A stretch of 64,000 bases of DNA from a virus: the IMG/VR virus record IMGVR_UViG_3300017766_002493, positions 1 through 64,000 of that record; one strand, written 5' to 3'. The position numbers and the translations under genes were made by a program. The notes beneath the pieces were generated by a model. It saw only the letters and a program-made list of their open reading frames with translations, did no database searches and was not told the DNA's origin. Below are positions 20,101 to 30,900 of the stretch, in pieces (positions within the stretch are counted from its first letter, which is position 1; each line of letters starts with the position of its first letter).

Positions 20101-22216
20101 GTAAAAAAGAAACTATCATGGCTGAGTTTGATATAATCTTATGCTTAGGATGTTTTTCAGAATATTCAAACTTACCAGTAGTAGTACCATATATATTAGA
20201 ATATACTTTTAACTCTTTACCTGATAGATAAGGATTATCATAATTTGTATCTGGCGAGTGAAAAGAAAATATATCTTTTCTATAAGCTATTTGTGGATCA
20301 TAACCATTTTCTCCACCATTAAATAAACCAAAGAAACAAGGTACATTACTTGTTCTAGTATTAGATAAAAATGGATCTGGTCTTAAATCATTGTAAGGAT
20401 AATTAGCAAATAAACCTGTACGATTAGAACCTGATTCAAGTGTATAAACACGCATGTTGTTTATAATACCTTTGAATAAAACACTTCTATTACCAGTTCT
20501 TGTTCCTCTTAATATTTCGTATCCTACAATGTTTGGAATAGCAACACCATTATTATCTACTGGAGGTAATATGTTTTCAAATTTTACACCCATTATTCTA
20601 ATAACAGGGCCTTGAAAATAAGCAGAACCTGATGCATAGTGATTAGAAGCAGGGTTTGTAAAATTAATATAGTTATCTGGAAACTTGTGATGTCTTACTT
20701 TTTCTCCACAAAGATCATAATCAGATAAACCATTCACTGTTCCAGAATAAGGTATGTTAGTTACTATAGACCAAGGATGGGCACTTGCATTCCACACATC
20801 TGCTTTATTATCTGGATACTCTTCTGTAGATTCCCAATATCCCATGTAGCCTGCAGCTACTTCCCAACCACCATCTGGTAGTTGTGATGGAACAAAACTA
20901 GGATCTGTATAAGCTGTATTTTCTACTAGCCATTTATAATTAAAAAATCCAGCTGTTTCATCTGATAAAGAATCTGTAACAACTAGATTTTTTTCTCCTG
21001 GTAAAGAAGGTCTACCGGGTATATGATACGATGCTGATTTATCACCAGTATCGTATAACCATCTAATAAAAAAAGCATACACTTCATCGCGCATGTATCC
21101 TGTATTAGATCCACCATTCTTATAATAATCTGCAGGATATTCTGCAGCTGACCACTTAGTTACAATCTGATTAGCTAAAGGTTGATAGTTAAAATCAAAT
21201 TTTGATTTAGGACCAACTCTTATTAGGTAATCATTAACATTATACATCGCATCACTTTGATTGTATATAGTAGTTCTAAATGGTATATTTTCTATTGGAA
21301 CAACTGGCCATTCAGGATTAATAATATCTATAGATATTCTTTTTTGCTTAGTACTATAAATACCAACTCTTCTAGCAACAGTTTGTTGAGCAACGATGTA
21401 GATTACTACAACTTCTACTTCATCAAAATTATCATCAGTATCGCCAATGATAATATCAATAGAACCAGCAACATTAGTATGATTATATAAAGGCTGTTGA
21501 TTAGATAAAGGAAAATAATCACTTACTCTTTCTCCATCTATAGTATAAGCCATAGTTACTATGTACATACCATTAGCTAATGTCCCACCATTTGTACCTT
21601 TTTGTATACTATAACAAGGTGGTATCATTCTCATTGCTAATCTTGTTCTTTCACAATCTAATACTTCTGTATCTGTACAAGTAATACATCCAACAGGATC
21701 ATAATTAGCAGGAGCATTATTAACATCTACTTCATTTTCATCAAGACAATTTTGTACCCAAGGTACATCATTAAGATCTAATACTCTAGAAGGATTTAAA
21801 CCATCATCCCAGTAAACTCTAAAAGAGCAATTACTAGTATATCTAGATACACCTTTTATAAGATTAGTATGATTAAAATTTAAGCAAGAAGCATTTACTA
21901 CCTTAGTATAAGAACAAACTTTTTCTTCATATATACCTATTTCAGAATTAGTATTATCTGTAGAAAATATAGCCCACTTATCAGCATTAAGATGAATAGC
22001 TCCTATAATAGGATAAGGTGCTTTTGTACAAAATCTATTTCCAGGCTCATTGCCCAGTTTACCTAAGTCACCTGTTACCGAATTGGTTATAGCATTTCTT
22101 GCTTGTGTCCAAGAGTTCTCGGGCAAGTGAAAATCATTAACATCTTCTACTAATGATTTATCAAACCTTCTTGTTTCAGAGTTTGATGTATTTTGTGAAA
22201 AATTATCTTTAGCCAT
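17108..22216 (-). CDS. Tail stabilization/muzzle protein (P22 gp10-like position in crAss-like phages)
   Basis: 1702 aa; N-terminal ...NSWTQARNA...LGNEPGN, GYMRDEVYAFFIRW and C-terminal WTVSYDP...FISYHDWHP motifs; follows the ring protein genes. Confidence 0.75.
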   Translation of the reverse strand: MAKDNFSQNTSNSETRRFDKSLVEDVNDFHLPENSWTQARNAITNSVTGDLGKLGNEPGNRFCTKAPYPIIGAIHLNADKWAIFSTDNTNSEIGIYEEKVCSYTKVVNASCLNFNHTNLIKGVSRYTSNCSFRVYWDDGLNPSRVLDLNDVPWVQNCLDENEVDVNNAPANYDPVGCITCTDTEVLDCERTRLAMRMIPPCYSIQKGTNGGTLANGMYIVTMAYTIDGERVSDYFPLSNQQPLYNHTNVAGSIDIIIGDTDDNFDEVEVVVIYIVAQQTVARRVGIYSTKQKRISIDIINPEWPVVPIENIPFRTTIYNQSDAMYNVNDYLIRVGPKSKFDFNYQPLANQIVTKWSAAEYPADYYKNGGSNTGYMRDEVYAFFIRWLYDTGDKSASYHIPGRPSLPGEKNLVVTDSLSDETAGFFNYKWLVENTAYTDPSFVPSQLPDGGWEVAAGYMGYWESTEEYPDNKADVWNASAHPWSIVTNIPYSGTVNGLSDYDLCGEKVRHHKFPDNYINFTNPASNHYASGSAYFQGPVIRIMGVKFENILPPVDNNGVAIPNIVGYEILRGTRTGNRSVLFKGIINNMRVYTLESGSNRTGLFANYPYNDLRPDPFLSNTRTSNVPCFFGLFNGGENGYDPQIAYRKDIFSFHSPDTNYDNPYLSGKELKVYSNIYGTTTGKFEYSEKHPKHKIISNSAMIVSFLLGLVLTSKKLNGEKKLTYTSPHTSGFTDGGAVTGASIGLFGALNPGIYGWYNVADAAQSLMAGITQGANITYNTGLTNIVQNLVGVSGTTSFLAAIRLANAIPSAVGAPFLNGDPFVIELGDGLYDSFSGVGVLPPFSAIQYLYNLTENAQIVLDLIKAFLTPRQYALKYNSHCFYSASAPPPSAGNRRKSIINQQYIGPSYVDFGTSFRINNLYRANYVVLQTNTSIADPSIVDDTRKRVYDVPALAEGPDNFFNVPRVKDPVAKEFNTTSSCYYVGYKQRIRNQYGQVNTVKQVPVSICYQRRRNISKSDVLFNGDVYIGRHTEKNTFFFFYEWLFEQPDFFEFNYLEHRMVGFPRYWLDTTTYEITDFTGGLFGLIATLDINGASLGGILPSGLYNLDEYTCSFASGLDQLNFAVKYQYFYLFSSGVRDFFVESEINVDFRDYGELDTEYFYPIREIKDLFNTSIIKSGNFFKYDRSFTMSKNFIAYVSWGDCQERSYDPQLSETCYVYDPNEIIYSLPANQEADKDYWLYFLANNYEKFLSRPSCIKPIDKSGAVIFFENGSPLIFRGLDQLQTTSGTALTIGDGALFSQPRQNVVNADRPYEYGSCQDRLSVITTPVGTYWISQSLGKVFALVDGIQELSNANMKWWFAEYLPYKLVKDFPNFALTENPFIGVGCQSIYDNENQILYFTKKDYKLRTDLPASTTITYKEKNIFNIVVDGQTLGTTTLQDPQYFEDASWTVSYDPKLQAFISYHDWHPDLLLPGKNTFMSIKNINANPNVENGIWIHNERVDLYCNYYGIDYPFEIEWNVHTGPIVNSLRSVEYIMEVFIYAENRYDRYHVLDFNFDEATIYNTEQCSGLLKLNLTPKNDSAKILQYPQVGTNNIQILYSKEENKYRFNQFWDITDSRGEFPINSPYPPTTMTGTFAERLIFNTQANGYVRILNPNNLNYNKNQLQRKKFRHYTNLVLLRRLVCGNKKMMIMLASNKNLYSPR

Positions 22217-23268
22217 TATCCGAGTCTTGGTATTGTTGGTCCAGGGTTTAATCCATAACGCGGTCTACCATAAGGTAAACTCTTAAACATATCATAGTAT
22301 TTAGAATACTGAGCTGTTCTATTAAGTTCCCACAACTGTTTCATCTCTGCAAAGTTAGGAGTATTAACAATTGAAAGAGCTTGATTTCTCGCAGCCCTGT
22401 ATCTATTTTCTATTAATTGTAGTTTTTGTCCAGCTGTAATCTCATCATTCATAATAAGATTTTCTAGTATTCTTTGTTTTAAAGCATACTCATAATACTC
22501 ATTAAGCATATCATGATCAGGAACAAGAAGATTGCCGTCATCATCTTCTAGCATCCCTTGATAGTTGATATATAAACTACCACAGTCAAAAGATGTCCAT
22601 ATAAAATTATCTTTTATCCACGCTGAGTCAGGTGAATTAAAATTAATATTAGGACAATCGCAATCTACATTAGCTGCATTGTTAACTATCCTAATTGGAA
22701 ATAATCTTTTATATATTCTTGATTGTGTATTTACAATCTGTACCAGCTCATAAGCTTCTCCTTTACAATTTAAATAAACTCTTGGTTTATTACAATAATT
22801 ACCATAAGGTTCTGTTGGATTGTAAGTTGCTTCACTTGCATAAGCTGACGAAGGTAGCGGAGCTCCATTACAACCACATGGCTGAGGAGAACACTTACTA
22901 CAATTAACAGTTGGTGTTGCACAAAAGTCAACAGATGCCGGTGTAGATTTGTAAGGAGTAATCAATGGTCTATCTTCTATCCAAGTACCTTGAGGCATAG
23001 CTTGATGAACCTCATATTCATCACAAACAAGAGCAAAGTTTAAAACAAAGAAATCATCTGGTAGTTTTGCTTTACCTTTTTCTACTTCTAAAACAGCTTG
23101 CTTAGTCATGAAGATTCTTAAGCCTAAATCATAGTTAACTCTTTTAGCAACTTTGATTAATTGATGAGGCTCGATCATATTTTGAAGATTGTAGTTTTGA
23201 AAATCTACGAATACTTCATCTAGTAATTGATCAAAGGTTCTATATTTTAAGGTATAATTGTAGCTCAT
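22216..23268 (-). CDS. Tail tubular/ring protein (P22 gp4-like)
   Basis: Directly upstream of the muzzle gene; LPDDF and Y...DDDGNLLVPD motifs; Cys-rich insertion. Confidence 0.65.
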   Translation of the reverse strand: MSYNYTLKYRTFDQLLDEVFVDFQNYNLQNMIEPHQLIKVAKRVNYDLGLRIFMTKQAVLEVEKGKAKLPDDFFVLNFALVCDEYEVHQAMPQGTWIEDRPLITPYKSTPASVDFCATPTVNCSKCSPQPCGCNGAPLPSSAYASEATYNPTEPYGNYCNKPRVYLNCKGEAYELVQIVNTQSRIYKRLFPIRIVNNAANVDCDCPNINFNSPDSAWIKDNFIWTSFDCGSLYINYQGMLEDDDGNLLVPDHDMLNEYYEYALKQRILENLIMNDEITAGQKLQLIENRYRAARNQALSIVNTPNFAEMKQLWELNRTAQYSKYYDMFKSLPYGRPRYGLNPGPTIPRLG

Positions 23269-23939
23269 TATCTAAGTATATTTTGATTATCATCAGGACC
23301 ATCACTAGGTACTTGACCTAAAGTTAATAACTCTTTTAGCGTCATCTGCTCTACTTCGGCAAATAAATATTCTGGTATTCTAATTTGATTATCTTGATAC
23401 ACATTACACTCTCCTGCAGTATCACATTTATATGCATCCAGATTACCTTCCCATAAAGCTTCAACTCTTATAGCATCCCATTCTATATTAGGAAAATATA
23501 AATGTTGTTGCATGTACCAGTAATATTTTTCTTTGTTATATCTAAAGTTTTTTGTCTTTTCCATTGATACAAAAGTACTTGGCTGTGTTCTAATCATAAT
23601 TACACTTCCATCAATAGATGTCACGCTTCTTATAATTGGTCCAAAGTTACTTTCTAATATCTCAGGCAACTTATCTTTTGTACGCTTAATTATACAATTA
23701 GATTTAATACCACCACAACAAGCTTCTACTTTATCTACCTCGATTAATTCAAGACAAGGTAATACTTCAAATAAACTTTGAAACTTCATTATCTTATTTA
23801 TATCATCTTGTCTCTTAATTAAGAGTTTTGCATATTTGTATATTACACTAGCAATAAATCTATCTGTTAAGAAAGGATCTTCCTTTACAGATTTTAAAAC
23901 ATTGCGTACTCGTGATATGCTATCGCCTATTGTTGTCAT
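23268..23939 (-). CDS. Tail ring/adaptor protein
   Basis: 223 aa; D..LTDRFI, PCLELIEVDK..CC, RTKDKLP; synteny. Confidence 0.6.
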   Translation of the reverse strand: MTTIGDSISRVRNVLKSVKEDPFLTDRFIASVIYKYAKLLIKRQDDINKIMKFQSLFEVLPCLELIEVDKVEACCGGIKSNCIIKRTKDKLPEILESNFGPIIRSVTSIDGSVIMIRTQPSTFVSMEKTKNFRYNKEKYYWYMQQHLYFPNIEWDAIRVEALWEGNLDAYKCDTAGECNVYQDNQIRIPEYLFAEVEQMTLKELLTLGQVPSDGPDDNQNILR

Positions 23940-23940
23940 A

Positions 23941-24519
23941 TTAATCTAAATCAAATTCGTTATAATTATCTGGTATTGGTGTTCCTTTTTTAACAATAAA
24001 ACTTTTAGTACTTTGTCTAAATAGTGAAGATACCAACTGATAATCTTCAACAACAATATACTTTGGCCAGTTCTCAGCATAAGCTTTTGAAACAGCATTA
24101 GTAAATTCTCGCGCCCCTTTAAACGCCCAAAGTTTTTTATTTGCAAAGTTATATTTACTTGCGTAGTTTGTGTAAAATATTTTAGCTAAATATCCATCAG
24201 AATTCAAATTTCTTTTTAAAACAAATTGGCCAAGCTCTGTTGACTTTTTGTAATCTAAGTTTTCTTTCTTAGGAGATTTACAAGAACCTAGGAAAACATA
24301 ACCTAATCCTTCAGGTAATTCTACCCCGTCTCTATTTTCTACAACAGCTTCTCTAAGTTTTTGATTAAAAGAACCTATAATAGCTTTAAACTTTTCATTA
24401 TCAATCTTAGAATGAGGATTTTTTAATTTATATTTATTATACAAATCTTCATTTAAAATTGATAGAGAACTTTGTCTATATCTAGGTGCTTTTTTATCAG
24501 GTCCTTTGAAAACTTTCAT
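23941..24519 (-). CDS. IHF/HU-like DNA-binding protein
   Basis: Basic; DGVELPEGLGYVFL beta-arm-like motif; conserved position before the tail ring genes in crAss-like phages. Confidence 0.6.
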   Translation of the reverse strand: MKVFKGPDKKAPRYRQSSLSILNEDLYNKYKLKNPHSKIDNEKFKAIIGSFNQKLREAVVENRDGVELPEGLGYVFLGSCKSPKKENLDYKKSTELGQFVLKRNLNSDGYLAKIFYTNYASKYNFANKKLWAFKGAREFTNAVSKAYAENWPKYIVVEDYQLVSSLFRQSTKSFIVKKGTPIPDNYNEFDLD

Positions 24520-24582
24520 ACTAAATAAATTACCGTTAATATACTAATATTTTTTACTTTTTAAAAATAATCATTTTAAAGC

Positions 24583-24607
24583 AAAAGGCCCAGTTACCTG
24601 AGCCTTT
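24583..24607 (-). terminator. Intrinsic terminator
   Basis: Minus strand AAAGGCTCAG-GTAA-CTGGGCCTTTT. Confidence 0.7.
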
Positions 24608-24653
24608 CTTGCCTGCCAGTCACAGTGGAAACCAACCAAACCATGACAATTTT

Positions 24654-25871
24654 TTATATTATTGCACAAGCTACAGGGCCTATAATGTTTATATCAGGAT
24701 GTGTTAGTAAGCTTCCTTTAACATAACACACAATCTCAATAGGTATTGGACCAGGTACTTCTCCTCCTACATATATTAAAGAATCTTGTACCGTTTTTAA
24801 ATCTGAGCAACGAATATAAGAATAGTTATATGTTCCATAATTTCCTAACGCAAGTGTTAAATTAACTTGTTCACAATCATAGCAACATAAATCTTCTCTT
24901 TGTTCTACTTCCCAATTATTAGATGCTGTAGGATCTGGTAAAACTTGAGGATGACACATGTTTATAGTATCATCAGGTTTAGGTTTTCCAGTTCCGTCTA
25001 TATTATAATAGCTTATTATTTCACCACTACAATCCTCACCAAATACATATTCTGCATCACACTCTTCAAAGTCGAATACTAAATCAGCATTTCCTGTATA
25101 ATTCATCGTAGTAGATAATCCATAACCAGATCCCGGGGTGTCAACAACACAATAATAAATACTACCGGTTGAAACAGTATCAATTGTTATAATTACACCA
25201 CTTCCAATACCTCCCATGAAAGTGTTATCTAGTTCAACAGTATCTCCTGGAGCATATCCTGTGCCACCTAATGTAGCAACTGGATTTAAAAATGAGATTT
25301 GTCCTGAACCGTTTATAGTAACTTCAAAGGTTAAACCTATACCTGTTCCTGTTAAATTTACAGCAGGCACATTTGGATAATAACCACTTGGTGTATATCC
25401 TGAACCTGGATTAGTAATAGTAACATCTCCAGGATCTAAAATGGTTCCATCTGTAATATAACAAGTACCCGTTGCACCAGATCCAGAACCTGTAAACGTA
25501 ATAGGTATATCAACTCCTGGAGTATATCCAGATCCTGAATTATCTATATTAATATCGGCTATTCCTGGTAGGCAAGTTGCTTGCCAAAATAAACAAGGAT
25601 TATCTGGTGTAAAAGTTATATTTGGAAAAGAAGTTCTAGCAACTAAAGATGATTCTGGTTCACAAACAGGTTGAACATATCCTTCATAAACAATTGGATC
25701 ACATGATTCATTAAAAACAGTAACACTTATAGTAACTGTTTTTGGTATTCCTGCTATACAACTTGTTGCAATAGTAGAACAATCATATAAAGTATCTGTT
25801 GTTTCTTTCCAACAAACTCTATGATTTATACTAGTTTGTGGAGTAAATGTTATACTAAGTGTGGCTATCAT
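24654..25871 (-). CDS. Virion appendage protein with GSGY repeats
   Basis: Repeated (N/P)GSGY(T/G) and GTGY beta-strand units; acidic; Cys-rich termini. Confidence 0.55.
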   Translation of the reverse strand: MIATLSITFTPQTSINHRVCWKETTDTLYDCSTIATSCIAGIPKTVTISVTVFNESCDPIVYEGYVQPVCEPESSLVARTSFPNITFTPDNPCLFWQATCLPGIADINIDNSGSGYTPGVDIPITFTGSGSGATGTCYITDGTILDPGDVTITNPGSGYTPSGYYPNVPAVNLTGTGIGLTFEVTINGSGQISFLNPVATLGGTGYAPGDTVELDNTFMGGIGSGVIITIDTVSTGSIYYCVVDTPGSGYGLSTTMNYTGNADLVFDFEECDAEYVFGEDCSGEIISYYNIDGTGKPKPDDTINMCHPQVLPDPTASNNWEVEQREDLCCYDCEQVNLTLALGNYGTYNYSYIRCSDLKTVQDSLIYVGGEVPGPIPIEIVCYVKGSLLTHPDINIIGPVACAII

Positions 25872-25875
25872 TATT

Positions 25876-26472
25876 TTATAATTTAGTTTTTAATATTAAA
25901 GAAACAGATACGCAACTTGGTTCTCCTCCAATATAACTTCTTACACAAACATAATATTCTGTGTTAGGAGTTAAGCCTGTGATAGTTGCATTAGGAGTAG
26001 TGCTTGGACCAACGGATCCAGCTACTACAAATACTCCAGTACTAACCGGTGCATAGTAAACATCATAACTCTCAACAGCTATTCCTGCTGTCCAACCAAT
26101 ATTTATACTAGTAGAAGCTATAATATTAGAATGTAAACCATAAGGAATTTGATCATTAGTAAAGCTACTGCAATTATTATAAGCAAGATATCTTTGAAAA
26201 AAATCACAAAGTCTCTCATTTTGATTTACTACAAAAGGAGGTTTAGGCGCATTAGCATATACTCCAATATTTTCATTTAATCCTTGAGTAGGAATCTCAG
26301 CATCTATATAAGCATAGCTGTCTCCACTATGAACAATACAACAATCACTAAAGATTTCTGCACAAGGTTCTGGTTCAGGACAATTTATACTACCACAAGA
26401 TGGAGGAGTGGTTAAACCTTGATCCTCGCATCCGCATGGTGTTGTTTTACATTTACAAGTTTTACAGCTCAT
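25876..26472 (-). CDS. Cys-rich structural protein with C-terminal fibronectin type III domain
   Basis: STSINIGW...SYDVYY...TITGLTPNTEYYVCVRS is an FN3 signature. Confidence 0.7.
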   Translation of the reverse strand: MSCKTCKCKTTPCGCEDQGLTTPPSCGSINCPEPEPCAEIFSDCCIVHSGDSYAYIDAEIPTQGLNENIGVYANAPKPPFVVNQNERLCDFFQRYLAYNNCSSFTNDQIPYGLHSNIIASTSINIGWTAGIAVESYDVYYAPVSTGVFVVAGSVGPSTTPNATITGLTPNTEYYVCVRSYIGGEPSCVSVSLILKTKL

Positions 26473-26473
26473 T

Positions 26474-27970
26474 TTATGGTATTATTATTTCTGATGATAC
26501 ATTAATTGGTGCTAAACACAATGATGGTATAGTTGTTACTAAAGTAGGAGGACAATTATATTGCTCACCTGCAGCTGGTATAACTAATACTCTTACTCTA
26601 TAAGTTGTACTTGGAGTTAATCCTGTAAATGAACCTGATAAAGTAGTAGGGCCAGTTAAGGTAACTGTGTTAGATGCAATCAATACTAAACCAAACTCAT
26701 CCCATAATTGAACAACATAAGTAGCTGTTCCTGCTACAACAGATCCCGTATATCCTATTGATGTGCTACTTGGACTAAGTGTTAAAGTAGGACAAAGAGC
26801 ATTATTAAACACAGTAACTTGTAGAATACTTTGACATGTTACAGTTGCTCCAGATGTATTGTTTAAACATAAAGTAGCTGTAATAGTTAAGTTATCTGCA
26901 GTATTAATACCTGTTCCTGTTAAGTTGTATACTAATCCTGTTGCGTTATTCAAGTTAGCAACTACATCGCCGGTTCTAGTAATTGTATTACCGCTTTGAT
27001 CAGATATAGTAAAGGTGGTTGTACCAGGAGCACACTGAACTAATCCTGAAGGAATAGATCCTGTTACTACTAAGTGTAAATCGGTACCAGTAACATATCC
27101 ATCTAGAATAACACTAACACCTTCGCATCCGCTAGGACAACAAGTTTGTTGAATATTATTTACAGCAGCTCTCATATCACAGATTGTTAACCACATGTTA
27201 GTGATTGAATCAGCTAAGTTCTCTACTGTAGAATTCCAACCTACTAGACTACCCATAGAACTAGCAGAGTTACTTAACTGAGGCTGATTAGTTAAATCAG
27301 GACACTGAAAAGTAATTGAATTTAATATATCTATAGGTAAACCTGTTGCACCTTGCAATAAACAGAATTGAGTAATCAACTCTTGTAAAGCAACATTCAT
27401 AGGTACACCTACATTACTAGGACTTATTAAACAACCTGGTAGAACTGACGGTAATGTAAAAGTAGGAGGCGGCGCATTTTCTAATGCTTCAATTCTAATA
27501 TTGTATTGAGCTAATATAGAATTGATTGTAGTAATTTGACTTACTAGATTACACACCTTATTTCCTATAGCAAGAACATAATCTAAAACAGTCATTGTTG
27601 TAACAAGATCACCTGTTCCATTAGTATATTGGAAACAAGGTGCAATAACTACTTCTTCATCAAGTTCTTTATTTGTTGATGGAGTCGGAGTACCTCCGCC
27701 ATCGCAGCAGGTGCAAATCTTATCAATTAATATTTGTATTAATTGTTGAAAATTACTTGGACCACAACCTGTATTTAAACATTCAAGATCATAATTATCA
27801 ACATTAGTTTGCTCTAGTAAAGTACACAATTCTGTAGCTAACTTATAAACAACAAGTGATATACTATCCCCTTTACATAAGGAAATACAAGGTATATCTG
27901 GACCTTGCCATATCACACAATTTGATGATATAGGATTGCAAGATGGGTTATCAGCATTTAAAGGTTTCAT
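26474..27970 (-). CDS. Cys-rich coiled-coil fibre protein with C-terminal FN3 domain
   Basis: CNPISSNCVIWQGPDIPC start; heptad segments; FTGLTPSTTYRVRV. Confidence 0.65.
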   Translation of the reverse strand: MKPLNADNPSCNPISSNCVIWQGPDIPCISLCKGDSISLVVYKLATELCTLLEQTNVDNYDLECLNTGCGPSNFQQLIQILIDKICTCCDGGGTPTPSTNKELDEEVVIAPCFQYTNGTGDLVTTMTVLDYVLAIGNKVCNLVSQITTINSILAQYNIRIEALENAPPPTFTLPSVLPGCLISPSNVGVPMNVALQELITQFCLLQGATGLPIDILNSITFQCPDLTNQPQLSNSASSMGSLVGWNSTVENLADSITNMWLTICDMRAAVNNIQQTCCPSGCEGVSVILDGYVTGTDLHLVVTGSIPSGLVQCAPGTTTFTISDQSGNTITRTGDVVANLNNATGLVYNLTGTGINTADNLTITATLCLNNTSGATVTCQSILQVTVFNNALCPTLTLSPSSTSIGYTGSVVAGTATYVVQLWDEFGLVLIASNTVTLTGPTTLSGSFTGLTPSTTYRVRVLVIPAAGEQYNCPPTLVTTIPSLCLAPINVSSEIIIP

Positions 27971-27990
27971 CTTTTATATAAATTTTAATA

Positions 27991-30900
27991 TTATAAACAA
28001 GTTCCATCAACACAATTATTCTCAACAATAACGCTATAAACAACTCCTGCTTCTGGACAAACTGGTCTAGGATAAGTTTGAGCACATACTTTTAGTAAAC
28101 TCAACTCTTCATCTTCTCCCAAAGTTACATAAGTTAATTGCCCATCGCAAGAAATATATTTAAATTCTACAGTACCCGATGTTACTTGTAATCTATAACA
28201 TTTACAAATTAAAGGTAACAACTCTGATGTAGCTGTGTTAATAGCTTTTAAATCTAATAATCTTTTTTTAATATCTTGAGAATCAAAGTCTTCTTCACAA
28301 CAACTATTGATACCATATCTAATAGCAGACATCTTATCCAAAGCTTGTTTAGCAAAAGCACAGTTTACTCTTTCAGTATACTCTGGAGGACATCCTGGTG
28401 TTGTATATCCCGGAGGTATTCTTCTAGGAATTAACTTAGATTCTGGTTCTGGTGGTGGAGGTAAACATTCTACACAAGTATCAAAAGAAGCAATAATTAC
28501 AGCATCTATTGAACCGTTGCAATTTTGTATAGGAGGTAAAACTGTCCAACAAGTATCACAATATTGTATTTTAATTACTTTACCTACATAAGCAGATAAA
28601 TTATTTTTAATTAATAAAGTGTTTTGGTCATCTTCACAATCAACTATTAAATAACACTCTGGTATTTTTTGAGTTTTACACTCTAAACAATCATCAAAAG
28701 ATTCTATTATTGCAGGTAAGGTTAGTGTTAAAGCACCATCACAAGTTTCTGATTCTTGTACTTCATAGCAATAACATTCACCTATTTCAGGATAAATAGT
28801 ACAAGGATTTTGCTGATTACAAACTGTGCAATTTTGATAGTATTTAGCTCCTGTTAAATCTGCAAAATAATAAGGTTGTCCTTGCTCTTCCGTTTTCTCA
28901 TAAGTCCAACATTTTGTAGAACCACCTGATGGACCATCTATATTAGGTATAACAAGTACACCTACTGACAAATATCCTTGAAAGTTATTAGTTACATATC
29001 TAACATCTGTTGAATCACAACAATTTATTAGTTTACCTTTATAAATAGGACTATCTCCCGGAATAGAAAAAGGAACACCAGGGTCTGTCGGAGGTGTTGG
29101 ATTACTTGGAAAATTATCTGCACACAAGTAAATAGTATCTCCTACATATTGTGCCAAATCATTTGTAACAATGATTGGAGGCACACCTTCTAATATACAA
29201 TTAGTAAGAACATAGCATTTTTCACAACTACATGTTTCTAATTGTGTAATTACTTCTACTAGATTATCACAATTATTAGTTTGTTCAACAGTAACACATC
29301 TTTGTATACCATTAACTTCTATAAGAATATTTTGACCAACAACTGTTGATAAATCTGTAAATGTATCAATAGAAGGAATTGTAGGATCACAAAATACTAA
29401 TCTGTAATTTACAACACAATCCGCGCAAGTAGCAACGGTTTCTACTTCTTGTATAACAGTAGAAAAATTAGTAGTTTGTTCAGGTATATTATCTGTTATT
29501 TCTACTAACTTTAAACATCCTGTTATATCTATTCCAGATTCGTTAGATATACTTGTTATTACAAGATTTATTAAATCTTCTGGGCATAAACCAATATCAT
29601 AACAAACACCATCAAATCTTAAAACAAGTGGTTCTCCCTCAATCTCATATGGAAGATTTGTGCAGCAATCATTAAGAGTATAATAAGAATATTCTTGACA
29701 AGGAGCTTCTAATGTTTTAATACAAGCTAATCCATCACAAGTAGTTAACATGTATCCATCAGGACAAGTAAAAGCATGTATAGGATTACTAGCTGCGGTA
29801 AATAAAAACCTTAAGTTTCCAGTATATGAACCTGCTGGAATATTTTGATCAAATCTATAGGTTACAGAATCTATTACTTCTACTACATAAGCATTTACTG
29901 GAAAACCTGGTGAGTCAAAAAATCCTTGTAGATCATAAGAATTAGATATAGGACCTCCGCTTATTGTTACAGTATCTGTACCTGTAGCAATAAGAGTCAT
30001 AGGTCTAGCTCTTTTCCATAATGTAGAAAATCTTCTATATGACTCAATCTCAGCTAAAGTAGTTATTGCTGTAAATTGAGAATATGAACATTCTAAAATA
30101 TCACAAGCTAATCCACCACTTGCCGCATAGTTAAAACATTCTACTCTAACAGAATGGTATCCTGCAGGTAAAGTAATTTCAAAAAGATTAACAAAAAATA
30201 AAGCCTGTGTAGCTCCATCTCCATTAAGCATTTCTACAGCAAGAACATCATCTACAAATATTCTTAAACCATTGTTACCAACAATAGTTATTACATATGT
30301 ACTCTCTACTTCAGGTTGCAAACAAGCTGTAAATCCAGCCCATTGGAATTCAACAGGTATACCTATATTATAGTTCCAAACTCCATTATTAAGCTCATAT
30401 CCTGTAAAAAAATTTGCAGGAGTAGTAGGAGAAGGAATAATTTGAAGATAATCAGAAGGAGTAACCTCAGCACCTTGACCATAATTAAGTGTACTAGATA
30501 CTATTGTACTTTGATATAAAGGATAAGGGTAACTAGCTGTTGTTCCTGGACTTGTACTATTAATAGGTAATCCTAAAGGATTAGGATTAGGATAAGGTCT
30601 TGTAAAATCAGGAGTTGTAATAGCACTATGTTGTCCACCACCTTGAGGAGGAGGATTAATATTTGTCCAACTATCTCCAGTTAAAGGATTACTACCCAAA
30701 GTAGGAATAGTAGTCATGTTTGTTAAACTAGCTGGAATAGAACTTTGAGGAACTGTTAAAAGAGGCCAAATGTAGTTGTTTAAAGAACCATAATTTACAA
30801 TACCGTATTGAGGATCATAACTCACATTATTTCCACAAAACAACGGAGAAGATGGTGATATAGCAGATATAAACTCTGTTTTTATACAACTTGTTCCATC

